Shown: positions 1 to 10,591 of the stretch, piece by piece
How positions within the stretch are numbered: position 1 is the first letter of the stretch
Layout: each line of letters begins with the position of its first letter
NCBI GenBank assembly: GCA_963665665.1
Contig: OY762428.1
Location: 4,352,001-4,416,000, forward strand
From: Candidatus Kapaibacterium sp.
GTDB taxonomy: Bacteria > Bacteroidota > Ignavibacteria > Kapaibacteriales > UBA2268
Direction: 5' to 3'
Length of the DNA stretch: 64,000 nt
Made by a program: the position numbers and the translations under genes
The notes under the pieces: model-generated
Told to the model about the DNA's origin: nothing
Databases searched by the model: none
Seen by the model: only the letters and a program-made list of their open reading frames with translations

Positions 1-268
1 AAGGGAAGAAGCCGTAAAGCATGAGTTTTATATTGATAACCGAACGGATGAAGAAAAGGAAGAAGATGTACATCCTGTAGATGTCAGGGTGATTGATTTT
101 GGTGAGAGTTCCATAAATCTTCGGGCATATATCTGGAGTACGGATTCTGCAAATGGTTTTGTTATGAAAAGTGATCTCAGGATAAATGTTAAAAAACGCT
201 TTGATTCCGAAGGTATTGAAATTCCATTCCCTTACAGAACAATAGTTATGAAAAATGAAAAGAAATAG
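1..268 (+). CDS. small-conductance mechanosensitive channel (MscS family), C-terminal fragment, 5' truncated by window
   Basis: Frame starting at base 2 reads ...VRVIDFGESSINLRAYIW...KKRFDSEGIEIPFPYRTIV..., the typical MscS C-terminal GIEIPFP motif; stop TAG at 266-268. Confidence 0.85.
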   Translation, partial: REEAVKHEFYIDNRTDEEKEEDVHPVDVRVIDFGESSINLRAYIWSTDSANGFVMKSDLRINVKKRFDSEGIEIPFPYRTIVMKNEKK

Positions 269-1310
269 AAAAATAAAGAGAAAAACCGGACAGGCACCGG
301 GAACGCTGATCTATACAGGATTTTCTGAAGGTAAAAGCTCAGTAAGGCTGATAAATATCGGTCCTGAAAAATATAGTATTATTAAGGAATTCGATATCAG
401 AGAAAAAATCAAGATTCCCGTATCACCGTCAAAAATTTGGCTGAATGTTACGGGGCTTACTGATATTGGAATAATTGAACAACTTGGAAAAAACTTTTAT
501 ATCCATAAGTTGTTTCAGGAAGATATTCTGAGTATATCTTCTGTTCCAAAGATCGATATCAGCGATGATTCAATATTTATTATCATGAAATCAATTGACT
601 GGAAGAATGTTGAAGACGATGTAAACTTCAATCATATTGCTATTATGCTACGGAAGAACGCAGTTATCAGCTTTTCAGACAGTCCGGAAGAATCTTACCG
701 GCATTTACTTCCAAGGTTGGACGTTCAATCTTCCAGGCTAAGGCAGGATGGTGCTGATTACCTGCTTTATGCTTTGTTAGACAGTATTTTCGATCATTAT
801 TTGCTCGTTTCTGATTTTATTGATGAGAAAATTGAAGATATTGAGCTTGCTGCCGAACGTGGCGGAGATGAATATTTTACGGATATATTTCGGCTTAAAA
901 AGAAAATATTATCGATAAGAAAAGTTCTTCTACCCATGAAAGATGTTCTGAAACAACTTATCAATACAAAAAATTCCCTCATATCCGAAGATTCAAAGAA
1001 GTATTTCTCGGATGCGAATGATCATCTTATGAGCCTGATGCAGTCCAATGAAGATCAAAGAAATGCTTTAACCGCCCTGATAGAACTGCACATGACAATG
1101 GCAGGCTACAGAATGAACAAGGTAATGAATATCCTTACACTGGTTGCTTCTATTTTCATCCCCTTGACTTTTATTGCCGGGGTTTATGGCATGAATTTTA
1201 AATATATGCCGGAATTGGAGTATAAATACGCCTACTTTATCGTTATGGGCCTGATGTTCATAATAGGAATGGGATTGTTTTTATATATGAAAAGAAAGAA
1301 GTGGTTTTGA
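255..1310 (+). CDS. corA: magnesium/cobalt transporter CorA
   Basis: 351 aa; GQAPGTLIYTG N-terminus, GMNF signature followed by MPEL, two C-terminal TM helices. Confidence 0.95.
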   Translation: MKRNRKIKRKTGQAPGTLIYTGFSEGKSSVRLINIGPEKYSIIKEFDIREKIKIPVSPSKIWLNVTGLTDIGIIEQLGKNFYIHKLFQEDILSISSVPKIDISDDSIFIIMKSIDWKNVEDDVNFNHIAIMLRKNAVISFSDSPEESYRHLLPRLDVQSSRLRQDGADYLLYALLDSIFDHYLLVSDFIDEKIEDIELAAERGGDEYFTDIFRLKKKILSIRKVLLPMKDVLKQLINTKNSLISEDSKKYFSDANDHLMSLMQSNEDQRNALTALIELHMTMAGYRMNKVMNILTLVASIFIPLTFIAGVYGMNFKYMPELEYKYAYFIVMGLMFIIGMGLFLYMKRKKWF

Positions 1311-1943
1311 TTATAACCCGATATCTTCCATGATATTTTTAATAATATCATGGTTGAATCCCTGCCTTTGTAAATATGAAAAAAGCGATGATTTCTGCTT
1401 TTCCTTAGGTTTTGAAGCCAGCATACGCATTTTTTTTTCTGCTGCTTTCAGGGCAATTTCATAAATGTTATCGTGAGGGAAGTTCTCATTTACAGCATCT
1501 TCTGCCGTGTAGCGGTCTATACCTTTTTTTTGCAGTTCCATCATCAATTTCCCGGGCGAAAGGCTTTTTCTAAGTAAAATATCTTTTACATAATTATTGG
1601 CAAACCGGATATCGTCAAGGTATTCGAATTCTGTCAGGAAGTCAATGGCTGTATTGATTTCCTCCTTATTATAACCGAGTTTTTGTAATTTGTCCTTTAC
1701 CTGAAAGCATGTACGGGGTTTGTATGATGCATATTGGTAGGCTGATTTTTTCAGATCGATTTTTCTTTGTCGGGATTTGATTTCAGAATATAACTCAGAG
1801 GATAATACTTTTCCTTTGGTAAGGGCATATTCATTTACAAGGTCAAGGGAAATCTCTTCCTGTTCCCCATTGTCATAATGAAGAAAGCATATCTGCTTCT
1901 TCTTGCTGAATATTACTTTCACTATTTTTTTTGTGTCCGGCAT
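1311..1943 (-). CDS. recX: regulatory protein RecX
   Basis: Downstream of recA; YLDDIRFA, ELQKKGI and YLQRQGF RecX repeat motifs. Confidence 0.9.
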   Translation of the reverse strand: MPDTKKIVKVIFSKKKQICFLHYDNGEQEEISLDLVNEYALTKGKVLSSELYSEIKSRQRKIDLKKSAYQYASYKPRTCFQVKDKLQKLGYNKEEINTAIDFLTEFEYLDDIRFANNYVKDILLRKSLSPGKLMMELQKKGIDRYTAEDAVNENFPHDNIYEIALKAAEKKMRMLASKPKEKQKSSLFSYLQRQGFNHDIIKNIMEDIGL

Positions 1944-1969
1944 TTCCCCTGATGGTATTATTAATATAA

Positions 1970-2081
1970 GGCTGTCTCACAAGTTATGTAAGTTGTAATT
2001 CTGAGCGCAGCGAAGAATCCATAACCTGTAAAAATACTGGATTCTTCACAACGCTTACGAATAACAAATCGCAAATATTTT
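1970..2081. repeat. REP-like/MITE-like palindromic intergenic element, copy 1
   Basis: GTAATTCTGAGCGCAGCGAAGAATCC...GGATTCTTCACAACGCTTACGAATAAC hairpin; its reverse complement closely matches 10429-10562. Confidence 0.8.
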
Positions 2082-2118
2082 AAGGAAAGATACATTGCCC
2101 TTTTATTAAAACAAAATA

Positions 2119-3174
2119 TTATTCAGCCTTTTCCTTTTCTTCGTTTTTCGAAGAGGGCATAATAGCTTCTTTGATCTTTCCTTCAAGAACCGTCATTATT
2201 TCAGGCTGCTCGGTCAGTATCTTCCGAAGGCCTTCGCGACCCTGAACTCGTTCTCCTTCCATGGTGTACCAGGAACCGCTTTTCTGAATAATTCCGAATT
2301 CAACACCTACATCTATCATATCGCCGATTTTGGAAATACCCTCGTTGTACATGATGTCGAATTCCACTTCTTTAAATGGTGGAGCTACTTTGTTTTTAAC
2401 AATTTTAGCCCTGACACGGTTACCAATTATATTCTGTCCTTCTTTTATCACTTCCTTTCGTCGCACATCAATCCTAACCGAAGCATAGAACTTCAATGCA
2501 TTTCCACCCGTCGTTGTTTCAGGATTGCCATAGATAACCCCGATCTTGGAACGAAGCTGATTTGTGAATATCACGCAGGTATTCGTTTTACCTATTGAGT
2601 GATTAAGTTTTCTCATTGCCTGGCTCATCAGCCGGGCATGAGATCCCATCTGGGCATCGCCCATGTCACCTTCTATTTCAACTCTCGGTGTTAGTGCAGC
2701 CACAGAGTCAATAACAATTACGTCGATAGCATTAGAGCGCACCAGTGTTTCGACTATTTCAAGTGCCTGTTCGCCAAATTCGGGTTGGGAAAGAAGCAGA
2801 TTGTTCAGATCAACGCCCAGCCTTTGGGCATATTTCACATCCAATGCATGTTCCGTATCGACAAAAGCTGCAAGGCCGCCGGCCTTTTGCGCTTCAGCGA
2901 GAACATGAAGGCAGACGGTAGTTTTTCCGGAGGATTCCGGGCCGTAAATCTCTGTTATTCTGCCGCGCGGGAATCCGCCAATACCAATAGCCGCGTCCAG
3001 GGAAAGGCAGCTCGTGGAAATACTGTCAACATTTACAACATTTTCATCGCTAAGGCGCATAATCGAGCCTTTGCCGTGCTGTTTTTCTATCTGGTCGATA
3101 GCGAATTTAACTGCTTTCATCTTGTCTTCGTGCGAAGTTATCGGGGGAGGGGTATTATCTTTATTCTTTGCCAT
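2119..3174 (-). CDS. recA: recombinase RecA
   Basis: GPESSGKTT Walker [32 protein letters not shown]. Confidence 0.99.
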   Translation of the reverse strand: MAKNKDNTPPPITSHEDKMKAVKFAIDQIEKQHGKGSIMRLSDENVVNVDSISTSCLSLDAAIGIGGFPRGRITEIYGPESSGKTTVCLHVLAEAQKAGGLAAFVDTEHALDVKYAQRLGVDLNNLLLSQPEFGEQALEIVETLVRSNAIDVIVIDSVAALTPRVEIEGDMGDAQMGSHARLMSQAMRKLNHSIGKTNTCVIFTNQLRSKIGVIYGNPETTTGGNALKFYASVRIDVRRKEVIKEGQNIIGNRVRAKIVKNKVAPPFKEVEFDIMYNEGISKIGDMIDVGVEFGIIQKSGSWYTMEGERVQGREGLRKILTEQPEIMTVLEGKIKEAIMPSSKNEEKEKAE

Positions 3175-3424
3175 GGTTTTATTTTTTTAATAGTATAACA
3201 TATTTATCTGTATTAATGCAAAGATAATTAAAAGATAAATGAAATGCAGTAGTAAATTCATAATGTTGAAAACTGATATACATATTTTGCTAAATGGATG
3301 GCAAAGATTTGCCGCACCATAATCAATATTTTAAATAGTCTGATAATATTCTGCTTACTTTTGATAATATATAAAAAAAATGTAACTTACGTTTGATTTT
3401 GTATCAACAAACGAGAGTTACATT

Positions 3425-5212
3425 ATGAAGCAAGCAATATCGATCATCGCATTTTCATGTATATTGTTTTTCATTATAACTTTTGATACTTTATCGCAAA
3501 AGGGACATCCAATTATTGATAATAAAAACTATCAAGACTTTTTATCAAGATTCAAGCAGTCAGAGAAAATATTTTCTAAAAAACCAAAAATATTATCTGA
3601 TCTCGATGAAACTATCTTTAACCTGAGCCATTTGAACTGGGTTGATGGATTTGACTCCCTTTACAAAATTATGCGGCATAGATATCCATTTTCTGAATGG
3701 AAAAAAATCAACTGGGATAAAAAGTATCTGGAAACAAAACCACAAATCGAACAGGCATATCTTTCTTCCGATACAGCCAGCTTTACTGCAGCTATGCTTG
3801 CTTACGTGAATTCCATTCCTGATGGGCATGTCTCATTGACAGGTAATCTGAGTGCTTACAAAAGGGAAAGATTTGATGGTAGTTTTGGATTAAGTATGAT
3901 ACCTTTGTCCGATGGCAGAATAGTAGTAAATAAAGTATATGAAAATACTGCTTCTGATGAAATGAATATCAAATGTGGAGATGAGATTATTTTGTGGAAT
4001 GGGACTCCAATAAATGAAATTCCGGAACTTGAACTTTACAATTTCAATGAATCCTTCCCCACAAACTATGCTACTCGTGAGGGAAGGATCATAAGTCGCT
4101 ATCAAGTTCTGTCAAGAGCTAAAATCGGCGAGAAAGCTGAAGTAAACTATGTGTCAGGAGAAGATGGGAATACTTATACTGAAGTTCTTACTGCTTATGA
4201 TGATGAAGGGAACAATCGTTTTATGAGTTATTTCCTTAGTGCACCAATTCCTGATTTTTCAGATGTCGTGGTTTATGATACACTTGATCCGGACATCGGA
4301 TATTTAAAAATATTGTGGGAGTCAGCAGAGGGCTGGACACTTGAGGAAATTCGTCAATCCGAGACATACCAGGAAGTAAGAGCCGCAATTGAATGGTTCG
4401 ATGAACTTGGTATTGACAAATTGATCTTTGATCTACGCTTTAATCTGGGAGGCCATGATCTTCTGGGTTCTGCAATAGCTGGATTTTTCCTCGAGAAACC
4501 TGATTTTTATGAGCATATAACTTCTGCTGTTGATAATGAATTTGAAATTTATCACACTATCATAACTCAGCCGGAGATACCACACTTTGGGGGTGATGTA
4601 GTGGTTATGACAGGGCCGAATAATATAAGTACCGGAGAAGGTATTCCAATGATGTTACAGCGATTACCTAACGTACACGTCATTTCATTCTGGGGAACAA
4701 ATGGTTCATTTGGTATTGTTGGCGATAAAATAATTCTCACTGATTCATTGCTATCAGTTTCTTTTCCTTTCTCAAGATCACTTAACGAGAATGAAGTGAT
4801 TCAGCTTGATTCTGATTCGGAACTAAATGGCGGCGTTCAGCCGGATATTAGTATCCCGTTAACAGTAAAACGTGTTATTGATATTTGGGAGAATGAAATT
4901 GATGTAGAGCTGGAATATGCAATGAATTTTCTTAGAACCAACTCGGTAGATCGAAATTATGAAAGAATTAAAATCTATCCAAATCCTGCTTCTTACAGCA
5001 TAGAGATCAATACAAATTCAATATTGAATAATCATAGTATTTTGGCAGAAAACCTAAGTATCTTTAACACATTTGGGGAAAGATTATTAGAAATCGATTT
5101 AATACAACCTGATTTTAATAATAGAATTATGATTGATATTTCTGATTTACCAGTTGGTATGTACTTTATAAGAATAGGTGATCAAACAGATAAATTATTG
5201 ATAGTAAGGTAA
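3425..5212 (+). CDS. S41 family peptidase with signal peptide, PDZ-like region and T9SS C-terminal sorting domain
   Basis: DGHV, DLRFNLGG, STGE catalytic-serine region, GGVQPDI; C-terminal IYPNPA...DISDLPVGMYFIR. Confidence 0.85.
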   Translation: MKQAISIIAFSCILFFIITFDTLSQKGHPIIDNKNYQDFLSRFKQSEKIFSKKPKILSDLDETIFNLSHLNWVDGFDSLYKIMRHRYPFSEWKKINWDKKYLETKPQIEQAYLSSDTASFTAAMLAYVNSIPDGHVSLTGNLSAYKRERFDGSFGLSMIPLSDGRIVVNKVYENTASDEMNIKCGDEIILWNGTPINEIPELELYNFNESFPTNYATREGRIISRYQVLSRAKIGEKAEVNYVSGEDGNTYTEVLTAYDDEGNNRFMSYFLSAPIPDFSDVVVYDTLDPDIGYLKILWESAEGWTLEEIRQSETYQEVRAAIEWFDELGIDKLIFDLRFNLGGHDLLGSAIAGFFLEKPDFYEHITSAVDNEFEIYHTIITQPEIPHFGGDVVVMTGPNNISTGEGIPMMLQRLPNVHVISFWGTNGSFGIVGDKIILTDSLLSVSFPFSRSLNENEVIQLDSDSELNGGVQPDISIPLTVKRVIDIWENEIDVELEYAMNFLRTNSVDRNYERIKIYPNPASYSIEINTNSILNNHSILAENLSIFNTFGERLLEIDLIQPDFNNRIMIDISDLPVGMYFIRIGDQTDKLLIVR

Positions 5213-5727
5213 CTGATCAATGTTTTCTACGGATCATAACGCATCTTTCACTCCATCCCTGCATTTATATCTGGAGTAAAGTTTCCTTTAAAACAACTTG
5301 CTCAACTTTCTGAGTTGTTGTAACCTGTAAAAAAAAACATAAATTGTCATGTTTAGGAGATAATCCGATTTTTTCGATGAGTATTTCTGAGAAAACCTTT
5401 AGCAGCGCTTCAATTATATTACCTGGTGTTTGACAGTAGTTTTCCCTTTGGCCTTGATGAAATTCCGTATCGGGGAAGCGCCAAGGGCATTTCCGCCCCC
5501 GCCCGATGGAAATTATGTGCCTTTGGATTCTCAATATTGCCGGGCATAGCAAACCCCAATATTTAAAAATCAAATATTCACCCGGCAAAAGCAAATACCG
5601 GCTTTTCCGGATCAAAACATCATTTAATAAAATGGATCGATTGGATAAATAGAACGAAATTCTATATCAAAAAAGTGAAACTAAGTGTTTTCTGAGTAAA
5701 ATTTTACCTGAAAAAATGTTTTTGGAA

Positions 5728-5895
5728 GCACAAACCAATGCTAAGACAGCACAAACCAACGCTAAGACGACACGAACCAACGTTAAGATGACATGAACCA
5801 ACGTTAAGATGACACGAACCAACGTTAAGACGGCACATCCCAACGCTAAGACGACACGAACCAACGTTAAGACGGCACATCCCAACGCTAAGATG
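5728..5895. repeat. tandem array A: 8 x 21 bp (consensus approx. RCACRAACCAACGYTAAGAYG)
   Basis: Units read directly; 168 bp = 8 x 21. Confidence 0.9.
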
Positions 5896-5916
5896 TCATA
5901 TATCAGCGATAATCAG

Positions 5917-6240
5917 GCTCGAGGGAACGCTCGGAAGGCTTGGGGGAACGCTCGGAAGGCTTGGGAGAATGCTCGGAAAGCTCGAGGGAATGCTCGGAAG
6001 GCACGAGGGAATGCTCGGAAGGCACGGGGGAACGCTCGGAAAGCTTGGGGGAACGCTCGGAAAGCTCGGGGGAATGCTCGGAAAGCTTGGGGGAACGCTC
6101 GGGAAGCTTGGGGGAATGCTCGGAAAGCTTGGGGGAACGCTCGGGAAGCTTGGGGGAATGCTCGGAAAGCTTGGGGGAACGCTCGGAAAGCTCGGGGGAA
6201 TGCTCGGAAAGCTGGGGGGAACGCTCGGAAAGCTCGGGGG
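5917..6240. repeat. tandem array B: ~15.4 x 21 bp (GCTCGGAAAGCTYGGGGGAAY)
   Basis: Units read directly; translates to 15 GNARKAW-like heptads. Confidence 0.95.
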
Positions 6241-6359
6241 TGGATTCATAAACTGCTGGTCGGGGTCTTCCTATCCCGACGCAAAAAAGGGAAAGGATTT
6301 CCCAATCCTTATTGCTTTCGGGTAAGATATCCGAAAAAGCATCGGAATTATATAAAAAA

Positions 6360-6515
6360 GCTCCGTAGGAGCGAAATTATTGTAGCTAATATTTTCATAA
6401 TCATAATTCAAAGCTCCGTAGTAGCGACACAATCTTTTGTCTATGTCGCCCCGACGGGGCTGTTGTTTTTTCCGGGTTTGCCTTTCTACAAAAATGTCGC
6501 GGCTACGCCGCTTTC
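6360..6515. repeat. cluster of short REP-like palindromes (GCTCCGTAGGAGC, GCTCCGTAGTAGC, GCCCCGACGGGGC, GCGGCTACGCCGC)
   Basis: Four related GTAG/CTAC-centred hairpins within about 150 bp, in alternating orientation. Confidence 0.7.
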
Positions 6516-6792
6516 GGGATGGGTAAATTCTTTTTCCCTGGCCTCCGAACAGGGCATCCTTTTCCACGAGCTAAAGCGCTTGTCTATTGAATTTGAGGAG
6601 TGCATTCCTGCCGGCTGGAGAATTTTCTTATCATTTTTTTTTAATTTTTATTAGATAAGGTTTAAAAGGGCTCTGAAACCTTAAATAAAATTGATTTTCA
6701 TTCCGATTTTATTTTAATTGCATTTCTTCATATACAATCTTGGGGGATTTGTTTATGAATGCAATGATTGAGTAATAATTTCCGGAGTTGGA

Positions 6793-8136
6793 ATGGAAGC
6801 GAACAGAGGACAATGGAGTTCTAAAGCAGGGTTTATCTTCGCGGCAGCGGGTTCGGCAATAGGCCTGGGAAATATTTGGAGATTCCCTTATGTTGTAGGT
6901 GAAAACGGTGGCGGCGCTTTTGTGTTGTTATATATTTTCTTTGTAATTATTATCGGCCTTCCCTATATGTTTGCCGAACTTTCTCTCGGACGAAAATACC
7001 AGAAAAATCCGGTGGGCGCAATTGAACAGATTCAAAAGGGCTGGAAATGGAAATGGATCGGTATTCTCGGAGTATTGACAGGCTTCGGCATTCTGTCCTT
7101 TTACGGAGTTATTGCAGGTTGGACTGTCGGGTATATATTTAAAATGGCATCAGGAAATCCTGGAGGATTTGCTGAATTTGTAGCCGACCCGGTAATGGTT
7201 CTCCTTCTATTTGCCTTTTTCATGCTTATAACAACAACAATTGTTTACGGCGGAGTAGAAGGCGGGATTGAGAAATGGTCCAAAATCTTAATGCCTGTAT
7301 TATTACTCCTTTTAGTGGTATTGATTATATATTCCAATACACTTGATGGCTCTTCCGAAGGTTTAAGTTTTTACTTAATGCCTGATTTTTCGAAAATTAC
7401 AGGCCAAACTGTACTGGCAGCACTCGGGCAGGCATTCTTCTCGCTAAGCCTTGGAATGGGGCTGATGGTAACTTACGGCAGCTACCTGAAAAAAGGTGAA
7501 AATATAATCAGTTCCGGTGCCTGGACGGGGATGTTCGATACAATGATAGCTATCATGGCCGGACTGATAATATTCCCTGCGCTGTTTGCCATGGGCGAAA
7601 GCCCTGCTGCCGGCCCGGCACTTGTTTTCGTGATATTTCCGAAACTTTTTACAAATATGCCCGGCGGGCTGCTGGTTGGTTCAATTTTCTTTGTGCTGCT
7701 TTCAGTAGCGGCACTTACTTCAACAATTTCACTACTGGAAGTAGCAGTGGCATATTTTGTTGATGAGAAAAAAGCAAACAGGAAAAAAATTGTATGGCCC
7801 GTGGCATTCGTGGCTTTTCTGTTCGGTGTTCCATCAGCATTATCGCAGGGAGCATCGGACTTTCTTAGCAATTTTGGTTTAATACCTTCATACCTCTGCG
7901 ACGCTGATTTCCTGAGCCAGGTTAGTTTTTTCTTTGGTGATTTCTCGCTGGCATTCGGGGCGCTTATGATGTCAATCTTTGTGGGGTGGATTTGGGGAGC
8001 ACGCCACGCTGCCGAAGAACTTGAAAAAGGCTCTAAATCATTTCGCATCTGGAGCGGTATATGGATTTTCATGATTAAATATTTTATTCCGGCAGTAGTA
8101 TTCGTGATTTTGCTGAACGTATTTGGGATATTTTAA
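6793..8136 (+). CDS. sodium-dependent transporter (neurotransmitter:sodium symporter family)
   Basis: GSAIGLGNIWRFPY, GGGAF, GQAFFSLSLG motifs; multiple TM helices. Confidence 0.95.
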   Translation: MEANRGQWSSKAGFIFAAAGSAIGLGNIWRFPYVVGENGGGAFVLLYIFFVIIIGLPYMFAELSLGRKYQKNPVGAIEQIQKGWKWKWIGILGVLTGFGILSFYGVIAGWTVGYIFKMASGNPGGFAEFVADPVMVLLLFAFFMLITTTIVYGGVEGGIEKWSKILMPVLLLLLVVLIIYSNTLDGSSEGLSFYLMPDFSKITGQTVLAALGQAFFSLSLGMGLMVTYGSYLKKGENIISSGAWTGMFDTMIAIMAGLIIFPALFAMGESPAAGPALVFVIFPKLFTNMPGGLLVGSIFFVLLSVAALTSTISLLEVAVAYFVDEKKANRKKIVWPVAFVAFLFGVPSALSQGASDFLSNFGLIPSYLCDADFLSQVSFFFGDFSLAFGALMMSIFVGWIWGARHAAEELEKGSKSFRIWSGIWIFMIKYFIPAVVFVILLNVFGIF

Positions 8137-8159
8137 TTATCTTTCTTTTTTGTAAAACT

Positions 8160-10385
8160 ATGATCTTTAGAAATATGACTCTTAGAAAACTAATTTTACC
8201 GATATTCTTATTAAGCCTTACGGCAGTTTGCTCACAGGACAGGCTTATCAGATTTGACCAGGCTTATGGCCACGGGCAGCCGTCACTTACACAGTCAATG
8301 CCGCGAATTTCAGGCTGGCTGAACGATAATACTTTCCTGAAACGAATAACAAAAGACGACGGTACAACTGTTCTTATGAGCGTTAATGCAAGAACAGCCG
8401 AAGAAACCGAGTTTCTTTCCTTTGCTGATATTGATAAAAAAATGCCGGGTGGATATTCCTCCGCTCATGCCATTGCTCATAATAAAGATTACTCAATTTT
8501 CCTTTTCCGAAACAATAATGACTTATATGTATATCGTGACAGTGACAGCGTTTTCAAACGCCTGACAGATAATATGGACGACGAGAATAATGTTCTCCTT
8601 TCCCCCGACGGCAAAAAATGTGTTTACGAAAGAAACCATAATCTGTTTGTTGCCGACCTGGTTAAGCTGAAAGAAAAGCAAATAACCGAAAGCGGCAATG
8701 ACGTTCTGTTGAACGGACGACTCTCGTGGGTTTATTACGAGGAAATTTTTGGCCGCAGCTCCAATTATAAAGCTTTCTGGTGGTCTCCGGATTCAAAAAA
8801 GATTGCATTTCTCCAATTCGATGAAAGGCCTACTCCGGAGTTTCCGCTATTTGATGCTGAAGGCGTTCACGGCAGGCTTGAAAAGCAACGCTATCCCAAA
8901 CCTGGCGATCCGCTGCCGATTGTTAAACTTGTTATCGTAAATGTTGATACGGGAGAATTCGAGCTTATTGAAACCAACATTGCAGAAGACAGGTATATTG
9001 CCTTCCCGATGTTCACACCTTCATCCGACGGATTAATTTACCAGGTTATGCCCCGTTCGCAGGAAGATATTTATATTATCAAAACCGGGTTAGACGGCAA
9101 AAAGAAAGATACTATCTACAGTGAACATCAGGATTCCTGGGTTAATTTCTTTAATGATATTATATTTTCATCCGACGGCCAGTCTTTCTATTTTATCAGT
9201 GATAAAAACAATTGGGCCAATGTTTACAAATGTGATATTCAAGCCGGAGAAACAACACAGATAACAAAATTTGATTATAATGTGACTGATATAGATCTCC
9301 TGAATGACAAAACAAACAGCCTCTACCTTCATGCTACCGGAGAAAACTCAACTGAAACCCATTTATTCAAAGTTGATACAAAAACAGGAATACCGCAGCA
9401 ACTTACAAAAGTACCGGCAACACACAGGTGCAATGTATCCCCGGAAGGTTCATTTGCAATTGATGAATACTCATCTGTCAACTTTCCGCGCAAGCGGGAT
9501 ATTGTGAATTGCAGCGCAGCTATCAGCCTGACAATTGACGATACAAAAATTCCCCGATTTGATAATTATAATCTTGGTGAAACAAAATTATTTACCATAC
9601 CGACCTCTGACGGGATGCAGTTACCTGCATTAGCTGTTTATCCTCCAAATTTCGACCCGAACAAGAAATATCCGGTTATATTCAAGGTTTACGGCGGCCC
9701 GGGAATAAAAAGCGTCAGGAACCAATTCCGTAATCGGCGCGGCGAATACGATGATTACTACCTTGCAGCAAACGGAATTGTTGTTATGGCTGTTGACAAC
9801 CGGGGATCGGGACATTTCGGCAAAGAAAATATGGCTCTTATGCACCGTGTACTTGGAAAATATGAAGTAAGCGACTTGGTTGAAGTCGTGAAATGGCTCA
9901 GGAAACAATCCTGGTGCGACCAGTCAAGGATTGGTGTATCCGGGGGTTCTTATGGCGGATATACCACACTTATGTGCCTGACTGCCGGCTCGGATTATTT
10001 CACCCACGGCATAGCTGCATTCTCGGTTACAGACTGGCGGCTCTACGATAATATATATACCGAAAGATATATGGACCTGCCGAACGAGAACATGCAGGGT
10101 TACGATTCTGCAGCTGTGATGACATATCTCGACAAATATAAAGGCGGACTTCTGATAACCCACGGCACAATGGACGACAACGTTCACATGCAGAACACAA
10201 TCCAGCTTATTGGAATGATGCAGGATATGGGGCAGGATTTCGAGCTTATGCTTTACCCGAATGAAAGACACGGCCTGCGAGGAGCAAAGCGTGTTCATGA
10301 ATACCGCTTATACGCCGATTTCTGGTTCAGAAAATTCTTCGGCAGGACATTGGAGGAAACGATAGAGCTTGAAGAAGAGAATTGA
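8160..10385 (+). CDS. dipeptidyl peptidase IV (S9B family)
   Basis: WVYYEEIF, YPKPG, GGSYGG nucleophile motif, HGTMDDNVH and C-terminal His; N-terminal signal peptide. Confidence 0.93.
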   Translation: MIFRNMTLRKLILPIFLLSLTAVCSQDRLIRFDQAYGHGQPSLTQSMPRISGWLNDNTFLKRITKDDGTTVLMSVNARTAEETEFLSFADIDKKMPGGYSSAHAIAHNKDYSIFLFRNNNDLYVYRDSDSVFKRLTDNMDDENNVLLSPDGKKCVYERNHNLFVADLVKLKEKQITESGNDVLLNGRLSWVYYEEIFGRSSNYKAFWWSPDSKKIAFLQFDERPTPEFPLFDAEGVHGRLEKQRYPKPGDPLPIVKLVIVNVDTGEFELIETNIAEDRYIAFPMFTPSSDGLIYQVMPRSQEDIYIIKTGLDGKKKDTIYSEHQDSWVNFFNDIIFSSDGQSFYFISDKNNWANVYKCDIQAGETTQITKFDYNVTDIDLLNDKTNSLYLHATGENSTETHLFKVDTKTGIPQQLTKVPATHRCNVSPEGSFAIDEYSSVNFPRKRDIVNCSAAISLTIDDTKIPRFDNYNLGETKLFTIPTSDGMQLPALAVYPPNFDPNKKYPVIFKVYGGPGIKSVRNQFRNRRGEYDDYYLAANGIVVMAVDNRGSGHFGKENMALMHRVLGKYEVSDLVEVVKWLRKQSWCDQSRIGVSGGSYGGYTTLMCLTAGSDYFTHGIAAFSVTDWRLYDNIYTERYMDLPNENMQGYDSAAVMTYLDKYKGGLLITHGTMDDNVHMQNTIQLIGMMQDMGQDFELMLYPNERHGLRGAKRVHEYRLYADFWFRKFFGRTLEETIELEEEN

Positions 10386-10428
10386 TAAGGAAACCTTAGT
10401 TATAAAAGTTGACGATGTCTATTTATGC

Positions 10429-10562
10429 AAAATATTTACAATTTGTCATTCGGATGCGTTGTGAAGAATCCAGTATTCATGCGGATTATGGATTCTTCGC
10501 TGCGCTCAGCCTGCCCTCGGCTTGTCGGGGAATGACCGTTTTTCTAGCCTTTTGAAACAGAC
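10429..10562. repeat. REP-like/MITE-like element, copy 2 (inverted), with a nested 21-bp insert at 10510-10530
   Basis: Matches the reverse complement of 1970-2081 except for the extra CCTGCCCTCGGCTTGTCGGGG. Confidence 0.8.
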
Positions 10563-10591
10563 ACAGCAAAAAAAAACAATTTTCTTCCCAA

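Noticed and set aside
5265-5615. 116-aa ORF
   Set aside because: No recognisable motif or clear start signal; lies in a repeat-rich intergenic gap.
5728-6240. CRISPR array
   Set aside because: Units are head-to-tail with no unique spacers and there are no cas genes in the window.
5667-6654. ORFs at 5667-5885, 5809-6654, 5896-6249, 5940-6251 and 5969-6325 as real proteins
   Set aside because: They are the stop-free frames expected from 21-bp repeats; 5809-6654 runs on through REP-like DNA with no recognisable domain. Coding is not excluded but is unsupported.
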